The notes below the pieces were generated by a model, which saw only the letters and a list, made by a program, of their open reading frames with translations, was not told the DNA's origin and did not search any database. Positions 53,294 through 64,000 of a DNA stretch of 64,000 bases are shown in pieces. This DNA is from Azolla caroliniana. Its lineage: Eukaryota > Plantae > Polypodiophyta. The position numbers and the translations under genes are program-made. Position 1 is the first letter of the stretch. Each line of letters begins with the position of its first letter. The stretch is from positions 9,300,001 to 9,364,000 of the forward strand of contig JBHGNT010000005.1 in assembly GCA_043228905.1 (NCBI GenBank), in the 5' to 3' direction.

Positions 53294-55357
53294 TGTTGTG
53301 AAAATATGATGAAGACACGTGAACTCGAAGCAGGTCCTCGAGGCCTCCGACCATAGGATATCAAATTCGTGCGTTTATACTTTAAGAATTAACGAAAACG
53401 AGAAAATTTAATAATTTTCATTAAGAAAGGAAAAGAAAAATTACAACCTATCCCAAGATTGGGATTACAAAAGTTTTAGCTTATTGAGTTTAATAGATTA
53501 ATATATTAAGGTTTATGAAATATGGCTTAGATAAAATAATAATTTAGGGATTATCCAAAAGATAGCTTAGATAAGAAATTTTAGGGTTTTTGAGACATAT
53601 GGCTTCCGTAAGGAAAATAGGGTTTATGGCTTCCGTAAGAAAATTAAGGTTTGGCTTCCGTAAGGAAATTAGGGTTTTTCCCAAAAGATGACTTCGATTC
53701 CCCTAAGGACCATTCTTTCTATGGATCATCGAGCTAGCTTTCTCCTCCCTTCGCGCACTTGCATGAAGGAACTCCAGTTTCCATCTTCAATTCAATTGCC
53801 ATGACCTTTATTTTACATAAAGTTTAACTTTAGTTGCATGCGTTCACATATCCTTTACTTTACTTTACTTTTACTTTACTTTAGTTCGTCGCATGATCCA
53901 TCTGGTCTCCGCCCGATTGGTTCCATCGCTAGTTTCATCGCCAACCGGTTCGATCGGTTGCCGACTCCCGGTTAACGATTTCCGTTTGCCGGCTCCATCC
54001 GGTCGTTGTTCCAGTTCTGGTTCCGTCGTCGTCCGGTTTCCAACTCTGTTCAGTTGCCAGTTCTGTCCGGTCGCCGGTTTCTAACTCCGTCCGATTGCCG
54101 GCTCCATCCGATCACCGGTTTCCGGCTCTATCGCCGGCTAGTTCCTGTTCCTTCACCGGCCGGTTCGAGTTCCATCGCTAGCCGGTTCGAGAAACTTAGC
54201 CATATCTGGCAACTTAACCACATCTGTCCATCTACACAAAGTGGCCCAAGTTCAACCATTCCTTTTGTGCTCTCAACACATAGGTGAAAACTAATGGTTC
54301 TCAATCTACTTACATAGTTGGATCCTAAAGTTTCCTATCTATGTGGGATATTTCACAATTATATTTTCCCTATCTTCTCAAACTTTATATTCACATAACT
54401 TGATATGTAGCTGTCCATTTTATATGTAGTAAAATGTGTTTTGAAGCTCTTGAAGATGTCTATCTTTTTATACCAAGCCACTAATCTAATCTAAAATAAT
54501 TATTTCATTATTTTTTTACATAGTGTGTGAAGAATCACACGACATTCGCCCCCATCAAACCTGCACATCCACCAGTATGTGCCAATTTGGTGAGGCTCCA
54601 CTTTTGATTACTTTACTTTTTCATCGATGTACCCGAACCGCAATTGCCATCCGATCCACCATATTCTTCATTCACTCTTTGCATTTCCATGACCGGTTGT
54701 CATGGCTCTCTTTGCTCCTCTTAAGCATAATGCTTCACGCCTCGTGCACGTGCCACCTTCGTCTCGGCCATCTCCTTGGCCATTGTTCACTCTTGCCTTC
54801 CTCGGGCTGATGTCATTATGTGTATTGTCTTGGTCCTTCTCTTCCTCTTCACCACCATCTATCTCTTGGGTCTCACGTTGGTTCCCATACGCAACTGCCA
54901 AAGTCTCTAGATGAAGTGTTATGAAAGCGTCTACATGGCTTTTTACCATCACATCGTTCATATCCATCTTCGCTTCAACGTTGTTATTCGCATTGGCTTT
55001 AATCTTTGCTTCTTTGCCACTCTCCGTCTCTTAGGTCTCACATTGGCTTTTGGATGCAACTGCCCAAGTCTCCGGAACATGTGTCAAGAATTTCTCATCT
55101 TTATCGGCTTTTGCCTTTATCATGTTGTCCATAGACATCTCCTTGGCTATCTCTTTGTCGCTCGAATTAGCTTCAGCCCTTGCTTCCTCGCCACCACTGT
55201 CCTTCTCTTGGGTCTTACATTGGTTAATGCCCAAGTCTCTCAAGCGAGTGTGGAGGGATCCATACGTTTTCATAGTTTGTCTTTGTCATGCTACCCTTAG
55301 CCACTTCCACCTTATGGTTGTCCGCATTGGCTTTGACCTTTGTTTCTTGGCCGCCAA
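53294..55357 (-). mobile_element. 3' end of a third X/Y-related element: LTR Z (53294-54544) and acidic ORF fragment
   Basis: Minus-strand TGTCGTG...CACAACA LTR next to a G-rich PPT; MTTGHGNAK and PETWAV motifs shared with the X/Y internals. Confidence 0.7.
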
Positions 55358-55693
55358 CGTTAGAGAGAAAGAGAAGGAGAGTGAAACAAAGAAACACACA
55401 CCAAAATGAGAGGGGAAAAATCTCTATATTCCATGATGCCCCATGGGTAACCATTACAAAAGAATGAGACAAGAAAGGGCGGGGTTTATATAGTACAAGA
55501 GGTAACGATTACAAAAGAATGAGACAAGAAAGGAGTTACATTACTGACCCACTCTCTCACTTTTGTACACATGCACACAAATGTGCATGTGTTCATACAC
55601 ATACTCATCCTCACACACTCATACACATTACACATACACATCAACCACATTATCATGTTCCACCCCTTATGCCTCCCTGTATACTCCTACGGG

Positions 55694-57254
55694 TAACAAT
55701 AGTACATGAGAATCATGCTCTTCTTGAGTCTTTGAATAAACTTGTGGATCATCCAAATAGATAATCAAACATATATCCAAGAGATCTCCGAATATATCAT
55801 TTGCCATGTGCTGGAAGACTGTTGGTGCATTGGTGAGACTGAATGGCATAACCATATACTCGAAGTGCCCATATCGGGTGCGAAAAGAAGTCTTCCATTC
55901 ATCTCCCGGTTGGATCCGTACGAGATTATATGCTCCTCGTAAGTCAATCTTTGTGAAGAACTTTGCACCATTAATCCGTTCTAAAAGAATCGAGATAAGG
56001 GGAAGTATATACATATTCCTGATGGTGACCTTATTCAAGCCACGGTAATCCACGATGAGACTAAGTGAGTCATCCTTTTTCTTGACAAAGAAAATGGGTG
56101 CGCCAGCTGGAGATTTCGAATGTCGAATGAACCCATTTGCCAAATTCTCCTCTAGGTAGGCTCGGACGACTTCTAGCTCGCAGATCTAGGGTTGTCCAAC
56201 CAAACGGCTCCTATTTTGGCTGGACTTAGTCGTTTAACTCTTCTTCTAATTGACTAAGGACTTCAAATTTGTTCGATAGACTTGGACTATTAGTACTATT
56301 AGGACTATCAGACACTCCCACTAAAATAGATTCAGTTTTAGTACAAGCTACTATTTGATTTACTATCTTCTTGGCCTATGTGGACAGTTTACTACGATAT
56401 GCCATGGTCCTCCACAGTAAAGACATAATTGATTTGCTCAACGTCGTTGCTTTTCTTCTTCTGACAATGGTTCATGACGACGTGTGGTGTCGATTTCCAT
56501 CAGTGTTGGAGATGCAAAGACATAATTGATTTGCTCGGCGTTGTTGCTTTTCTTCTTCCGACAATGGTCCACGACGACGTGTGGTGTTGATTTCCATCGG
56601 TGTTGGAGTATTTGCCGGAGATGCATTATATGACTCCCTTGCAAATGGTTTTGCTACGACCGAGGCGTATGTGGGCTCCGACCTGGTCCTTGGCATTTGT
56701 AACTGGCATTCCGAATGTCGTTCGAAAAGCTGGTTATCGCATCGTACCGCTCGACCGATTGCCTCTATGAGTGATTTTGGTTCTTCGAGGAAAGTCAGGA
56801 GTAAGTCTTTGACATCATTTCGTAGGCCATATCGAAATTGGTCCATCAATGCTTGATCATCCCAAGGGATATCGAAGGCGAGTAGACGGAAATCTGCAGC
56901 GTAAGCAGAGGCTGGACGATCACCTTGACATAATCGTTGGATTTTGTTGATTGTCATCCTTATGCTATCAGTATCTCCCAAACATGCTTTAAACTTGCTT
57001 ATAAACTCTTCAAAATTATTTAGTAATGGAGATCATTTTTCTAACAACGAAGCGAACCATGCCAAAGCTGAGCCGCTTAGCAACGTGCCTACTAGACCCA
57101 CTCGTGATGCATCGGTGGGAAGGATGCATTTGAATGACTATTCGTACCTGATTAAGAAATCCTCTGAACTGTGATCACGTTCCATCGAATTTCATAGGAA
57201 GGCCGAACTTGGGTTCTTTATTAATCCCTTGAGTACTTGGTCCTTGTTGTTGCA
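55694..57254 (-). pseudogene. Chromovirus-type gag and RT fragment, close to the 33833 family
   Basis: Gag (YAADFRLLA…AVRCDNQLFE) and RT ([26 protein letters not shown]); protease missing. Confidence 0.9.
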
Positions 57255-57669
57255 TGTTAACTCTTCGGGCCGGACAATGGCCTAACACAGGGTGTCTACG
57301 GGAGACACTTCACCAAAGGGTGTTACGGCAACCGGATTCTACTTCAACGCTTAATCCGACTTAATTAAGTTACTTATTAGGATCGTCTTTCATAACACGC
57401 GTAAGATATAACAATTAAGACAGAACGGCAATTAACACAGAGAGATAACAACGCTTAAGCTTTCATTAATTAACCGCTCACTATTACATTGTATCCGGGC
57501 CTTTAAATAGGTTTCCGGTCTGTATTACAAAACGGTGCCATCCGCACCTGTTCGGGATCGGTCCGGATCCGGAACGGCATACCGATTCCGGTCCGTCCGT
57601 CCACACTCATAGCTAAATTACAACCATATTCCAACTACTCAATTAACTCTCCGTTTCCCACTCTGGACT

Positions 57670-59950
57670 CCTTTGCCGGCCGGTAACACATGGCACGCCC
57701 GTGGGACAGTACCTTGTACGTCGAATCCACAACCGACCCTTGCTATTTCTAGTCCAAAATGTCCAGAATGCTTTGTTCGAGAGGCTCCAATGGTTCATCT
57801 GGAAGTGGTTGTTGTTGTTGATGTTGCTGCTCTTCCTTCAGTTGTTTGACGATTTTGACGTTGTCCTCCGCCTGCGCCTTGTAATGCGTCAATTGCCTTT
57901 GATATGTGCTTTATAATTTCTGCAATACTGTTGACGCTCTCTCTTTGTCTTCCTGTTGCTGCCTCTGGAGCTCCATCCGAACCTTCTCCGCCTCGTCCAA
58001 GCGTCTTGTATTTTCTGCCCATTCGTCGGCGATTGCCGTCGCGGCCCGATCAACTGCCTGTTGGAGCTTGGCCATCCGTTCTTTATGCTCCGTTTCCAGC
58101 CGTTTGTAGTCCCGGTGCAGGTGCTCAAAATCATCCGTCTTTTGCTTGAGCCATGCGTTGATCTGACGACGGGCCCGGTCCTCGCGGTCCTTCTGCTGGC
58201 GGAGCTCTTTCTTTAGCCGTTCAATCTCTGTTTCCGCCGTTTTCCGTAGCTTGTCCTTTTCCTGCAGCACTTTGTCTTTCTCCTCCTTTAGCCGGTTGTA
58301 CGCTTGATGGCCTTTCCGGAGGCTCTCCTCTGCCCGGCGGAGGTTCTCAGCAATCTTCTTTAATTCGGCTTCGGTCGCCGTCTTCAATTCTCGTTCACGG
58401 CTCCTTAGCGCCTCTTGTGCGGCAAGTTCATCTCTCAATTCCGCAAGCTCCTGGGCTTGCGCCGCATCTCTCGCCGGAACGGTTTCCGTTGTCGGGGTCT
58501 TATTGCTATGTACAGGTCGTTCCGTTTCTTTATTCTGTACACTTACCGGAGTCACTGGTGATTGGATCCGTATTTTGGCCATCTCTGTCGTGACCTGATC
58601 CAAGTCTTTTTCAAGGCACCGGATTCTGGACCGGGCCGTCTCTAGTTGTTCGGTTGTGACGAGCAACCGTTCGCTTTGCGCTCTTTCTTCTGCCTCAATA
58701 TACCCCACTGCTCCGGCTATCTGTTCGCCTATCCACCGGAGCCACAGGCTACCGGTGCCTTGTTGTGCTTGCACGGAGGTTTGACAGATGGGCTCACTTG
58801 TAGAGGGGTGGTCCCGCCTGGTTGCGCCGAGTTGTAGTTCCGTTTCTGCCCGTGGACCACCCTGTTGTCCTGGTTCCCCTTGCGCTTCTTCTTGGCTGAC
58901 CGAGGGAGGCTGCATTGACCTTTCCGGCTCTGGCGGGATGGGACTTGCCGGTGTTGTCGGTGCTGCCGGGGCTTCTGTTTAAGGTGCCATCTGCATCGGT
59001 TCCAATTCCTTCCTTGGCGTGGGAGACTCAGTATGGGGAGCTGGTGTTCCCTCCGTCTGAGGGTCCGAACGTTTCCCAGCTGCCTCAACGGTCCTTGCCG
59101 ACGACCGTCGCTGGAGGTGCTCCGTAGGCTCCCCCTCTATTTCCTCCTCCTGAGCTCCGGCATTGAGTTTTGCCGCCAAGGGGTCCGCTTCTCGATTCAC
59201 CGGTCGGCGGAGTGTGACCTTTACGGGTCGTGCCGGTGGTTCCTCCTGTGCCTCTGTTGGGCGCTTCTGACTGCTGCTTCCTACTGCCGCCTGTTCTGCA
59301 TCCGCCGCCTTTCCCTTAGTGGCCTTAGAGGCCAACAGTTGTTGCCGTTTGGAAGCCGTCCTTGGGGTGTCGTCCGCCACTCTTCCTCGCTTCTTGGGCT
59401 GGACGGTCTAAACGGGTGGCACCAGCAAGGTGAGCCACTGTGTTACGGCGTGCCATATCCTCCGTCCGTCTCGGCCTTCTTTGTCGTCTTTGCCTCTGAC
59501 GATCTCGATCGCCACACACAACCCGTCTGCGATCAATACCGGCCAATCCACCTTGATCCCTTCATAGGTGGCGATGATCATCCCTGCCCGGTTCTACGGC
59601 ATGACAGGGGGTCTAGGGTACACGTGGCCGTATTCATGGAGCACACGAGCAATTTCGCGGAACAGCATATCTCTGCCGCCCTGTGTCCGGTAGCCCTTGC
59701 TGGCTAGAGAGTACTCACCAAAATACCTGATGAGTTGCTCCGGGGTTGGATTGTCGATCGTGAGTATGCCTCCCTCCGGAAGGCCTGTTAACGCTCGAAT
59801 CGCCTCTGCCGTTATGACCTCTGTATCGATTTCCTTGATCACTTCGTCGGCTTCTTTGTGTGGCGGTACTTCCATCATCATCAAGAAGCCCTCGAGCCCG
59901 TGTTGCTTCAACCATGTCTTGGCGGCTTCCGACAGTGTTTGCGGGTCCAT
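57670..59950 (-). pseudogene. Extra sense ORF downstream of E2 pol (globular N-terminus, low-complexity linker, coiled coil)
   Basis: ORF pieces 59594-60172, 58979-59380 and 57911-58915 lie in series between the integrase stop and the LTR. Confidence 0.65.
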
Positions 59951-60320
59951 GTCTGTGTCGAGGTCGGATGGCGGTGGCGAGGTTAGATGGTGATGAGAGT
60001 GAGGTTGAGAAAGAGAGAGTTCAGAAGGCGGGGGTTCTCTGTGCGCAGGTTCTCGTCTGATGATCTTGCAACGTCTTGGTGCTTCTGTGCTCCTGGGTTC
60101 GCGAAAGTAGAGGGTCTCTACGCGCAGTGGTTTTTGTCTGTGCATTCTGGCGCCTTTTTCGAGTGTGTGCATGTCGTGTACTAAAATAGCATTATGTCCT
60201 GTCGTGGCGCTTTAAATGCCCACTACGTACCTTTTCGCTCCTCGCTCTTTCATCCATTCATTCCTCGCTTTTGCATGATTGTTTTTTTTTTTTTCAGTTA
60301 TTATTATTATTAGTGTGACG

Positions 60321-63300
60321 TCACTTGTCCGTTGGTCCTCTCGGACCCTTACCGGCCTCATTCTCCCCAGTTACCGGCTCGCCTTCTCTGCCGTCTTGGT
60401 GGTTGCCATCGGTCCTTTGCTCAAACAGGTTCTTAGGCATCGGTCCTCTATATGCCTTCAACCGGAATCCGTTGACCCATTTGCCTAGCACTTCGCCGGC
60501 AAGTGTCCCTAACTGGTAGGACCCATTATACTCCCTTGTAAGCCAATACAGTCCGGTCCATCTAAACCGTAGTTTACCCGGCATCTTGCCCATCCAGGTT
60601 TGGAATACTAACACCGGTTTGCCGATTGCGAACATTTTTTCGTTACCTTTCCTGTGTCGGTCGACAAATGCTTTCCATCGCCGTTGCTCCAATTCTAAAT
60701 GTAGGATGTTGGCCAGTCGTTGTTCCTCGAGCTCACACAGCGCTGTCAACCTTATTGCCTCCGACTCCTTCTCGTTCAGCCATTCCCGTAGCTGGATCCG
60801 TAAGCTAGGTACTTGGAATTCTACCGGCATGACCGCCTCTAGTCCGAACGCTAACCGGAACGGTGTTGTTCGGATGCTCATTTTGTATGCCGTCTGGTAT
60901 GCCCAAAGCGCGCTATGTAGCTTTGTGTCCCAATCCGTCCGGTTTTCGTTGACAATCTTCCAGAGAATATTCTGGAGCGTCTTGTTTGTTGATTCCGCTA
61001 AACCGTTCGCCTGTGGATAGTAAGATGTGCTCCGTTTGTGTACAACGGCATAGAAGGTCGTCAGGCTTTCCACTACTTGTCCGAGAAAGTGCCCCCCTTG
61101 GTCACTTATTAATTCAATTGGGCATCCGTAACGGCACCAGATGTACTCATATAGAAACTTCGCCGTTGACGCAGCGGTGTTATCCCGTAAAGCTTTGGCC
61201 TCCACCCATTTCGTGCAGTAATCCGTAGCAACGATAACATACCGATTACCCATTCTCATTGTCGGTGGCTTGAACGGTCCTACAAAGTCCAACCCCCACT
61301 TTTGGAATCGTTCGAGTGGTAGTACCGGCTGGTGTGGCATATGAGCCTGCTCCGTTGGCTGGCCCATTCTCTGGCATAGGTCACATTCTTTTGCGTACCG
61401 TACCGCATCTCTTAATGTCGTTGGCCACCATAGGCCACTTTGCCATATTTTTCTGGCCGTCGCATCTCCGGCATAGTGACCTCTGGCAACTCCGCAGTGG
61501 GCTTCCCTCAGTATCAGTTCCTTTTCATCGCTACGCACCGCCCGTCTCCATATGCCGTCCGCACCCTTGTGGTACAGTGTGTCCTGCAGTAAGCAGAAAT
61601 GTCGGCTTTGTACTGCCAGGCGTTTCCGTTCGTCCCGGTTCATCTCTTCCAGAGGCAGTCCTGTGCTCAGAAACTGGTGCATATTTGTGAGCCATTTGTC
61701 TTCCTGTGCCACCGTCTCATCTGTTGTCGTCTCCGTAGTGACTCGAAACAGCTCTGCATCCGGAAACTCATCCGCTACTCCGTCACCCGTCTCTCCGGAC
61801 TCTAATCGGCTTAAGTAATCCGCCATGGCATGCTGTATACCAGGTCGGTGGAATATTTCAAACTCGAACTCCTGTAACAGTAAGGTCCATCGGGCCAATT
61901 TGCCGGTGAGTGACGCTTTGGACACCAGGTAAAGGAGTGTCGAATGATATACATGGAAGGAAAACTTCCTTCCCAACAAATAATGCCGAAACTTTGTCAC
62001 ACTGTAGATCATCCCTAGAGCTTCTCGTTCCGTAGTAGAGTAGTTCCGTTCTGCTTGGGATAGCTTCCGGCTGGCATAGTACACTGGCCGGTACTACTTT
62101 GGTTCCGTAAGCTGCATCAGTACACTTCCGATTGCGATGTCGGAGGTGTCCACGAACACGTGAAATTCGTTACTCCAATCCGGAGGCTGCACTACCAGTG
62201 CCTGCGACAATAGTACCTTGAGGGCCTTATACGCCCTATCCTCAGTGTCGGTCCACTGGAATGGTGTCCGATGTACGGCGGCATGCAACGGTGTAGCTAG
62301 GTCGGCCAAGTATCAGAGCATCCAGCTGTGCCACCGGATCTGGCCTAAGAAACGGCTTAATGCCTTTGCCGTTACCGGCGCCGGTGCTTTTAATATGGCT
62401 TTCACTTTGTTCGGGTCGACTGCAATACCTTCCTAGCTCACAATATGTCCTAATAAAGTTCCACTGGACACGCCAAATACACACTTTGCCGGATTCAAGC
62501 TTAGCCGGTACGCTCTACACTTTTCTAGACAAAGACGGAGGTGCTGAAAATGGTCCTCCTCCCGGCTATAGACGGCGAAATCGTAAAGGAAAACTTGCAT
62601 GAAAGTTGGTATATATTCACCAAAGACTTCCATGATGATTCGTTGAAATGTTGTCGGTGCCGTTTTGAGTCCGAACATCATCACCACGGCCACAAACACC
62701 CCCCATTCGGTGACGAATGCCGTTTTCTCTTGGTCATCGGGGTGCATCCGGATCTGATTATACCCGTTGAATCCGTCTAGGAAGCTATAGACCTCATGGC
62801 CGCCGACGGCATCAAACACTCCATCTGTGAACGGAAGTGGAAACGCATCTATTACCGTAGCCGCATTGAGTTTCCGGTAGTCTACGCAAACTCGAATTTT
62901 TCCGTTCTTCTTCGGTACGACTACGATCGGGCTCAGCCATGTCGCTTTCTTTACCGGACGGATAAAGCCAACTCTTAGCAGTTTGTCGATTTCCTCCTTG
63001 ACCTTGGCGGCATAATTGGGATTCATCCGGTACCGTCTTTGTGCCACTGGTTTTGCATCCTTGCTCAAGTGCACTTGATGCTGGTATAACTGAGGGTTGA
63101 GACCTCGCATGTCTTCGTATGACCAGGCGAATACATCGCGAAATTCCGTGAGAAGTGTGATCATCGTCGTTTTGTCTCCGGACTTCATCTCCTTGGCGAT
63201 GTGCACCGGTTTTGCTTCGTCCGTGGTCCCTAAATTCACCTCTTCTAGTTGCGATGCTTTTACGCGCTGTGAAACGGCCATTTCTCGTTCCAACGCTTCT

Positions 63301-63980
63301 TGCGCTTGTCGTAACTCCCGGATTGCGTCTTTATCCGGTTCTGCTTCAGCCTCTTCCGGTTGCGGTAAGTATGGTGCTACTGCTTCGGCAATGTCAATTT
63401 CGAAGTGGGGTATGATCTTCGGGTTTTCCTGCAGGTACTGAGCTTCTTCTTCGTCCGCTAACCCTTCTAGCATGTTGACGCATTCGGCATATAACGGTGT
63501 ACATTCCTTGCCAGTGCTCGTCCTTGGCTGTGTTGGTACCCGTACCTTGGCTTTTCCTCGCCGGAAGGTAATTATATTTTTTCACCAATTCTGTTTGATA
63601 TGTGCCGTTTTCAACCATGGCCGCCCCAGCAATAGCGGGTATGCGCCTTGTGCCTGTAATTGTAGCACTACGGCCGAGATGTGAAATGTATGACCGTCGA
63701 CGGTGACTTCTAATTTCCGTATTAATCCTGTTGGCCGCACTAAGCTTGTATCGGCCATCCGCAACCAGAACGGACACGGCTCCCACTCGTGGATTCCTAG
63801 GTCATCACACGTCTGGAGGCTTATTACATTCACCCCAGAGCCTCCGTCTATAACTGTGTCGGGGAGTTCTTTCCCTTTTTCAATGGCAGTGATTACAGAA
63901 CTGCTGGTGTCCACCACCGTTGGTCCCTCCTCCGGATTCGAGAAGAGTACCGGTGCCGGTGATGGTTCTCCTGCCGTCAT
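60321..63980 (-). pseudogene. Gypsy E2 pol (PR, RT, RNase H, integrase) with a few disruptions
   Basis: PR (VIDGGSGVNV), RT (IRVCVDYRKLN, FLDGFNGYNQI, mutated FLYDF), RH (RNYSTTERE), INT (WGLDFVGP, ISDQG, PQANGLAE). Confidence 0.95.
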
Positions 63981-64000
63981 GGTCGTCTTCAGTCCTTCCG

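Larger units (their letters stand above)
57255..64000 (-). mobile_element. Non-chromovirus Gypsy E2, 3' part (continues beyond the window)
   Basis: 3' LTR from 57255 (TGTTAAC; inner end about 57620, unresolved); extra ORF; pol in PR-RT-RH-INT order. Confidence 0.9.

Noticed and set aside
55358-55693. Possible LTR fragment with a 25-bp direct repeat
   Set aside because: No termini, TSD or second copy in the window, so it is left unclassified.

Overview
Eukaryotic, plant-type DNA (probably a non-seed vascular plant such as a fern; this is inference) made mostly of nested transposable elements around one host gene. 1-1.5 kb is the 3' end of a hAT element. 2.6-39.2 kb is one nest of LTR retrotransposons that can be resolved by target-site duplications (TSDs): Copia A contains Copia B, which contains a 20.5-kb inverted composite, which contains Copia C, plus five solo LTRs and a chromovirus-type Gypsy. 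41.0-42.9 kb holds a spliced type-1 non-specific lipid transfer protein gene. 44.6-64 kb is a second TE stack (MULE derivative, Copia and Gypsy pieces). The most unusual observations are: (1) a 20.5-kb insertion ending in two U3 LTR ends, built from two tail-to-tail gag-only elements with reciprocally swapped LTRs, unprocessed inner ends and a circularly permuted chromovirus between them; (2) tRNA-like A-box/B-box cassettes in the U3 of several unrelated Gypsy LTR families; (3) a covarying Tf1-type self-priming signal and a candidate -1 frameshift pseudoknot in the chromoviruses. All coordinates were read by eye and no database searches were run.
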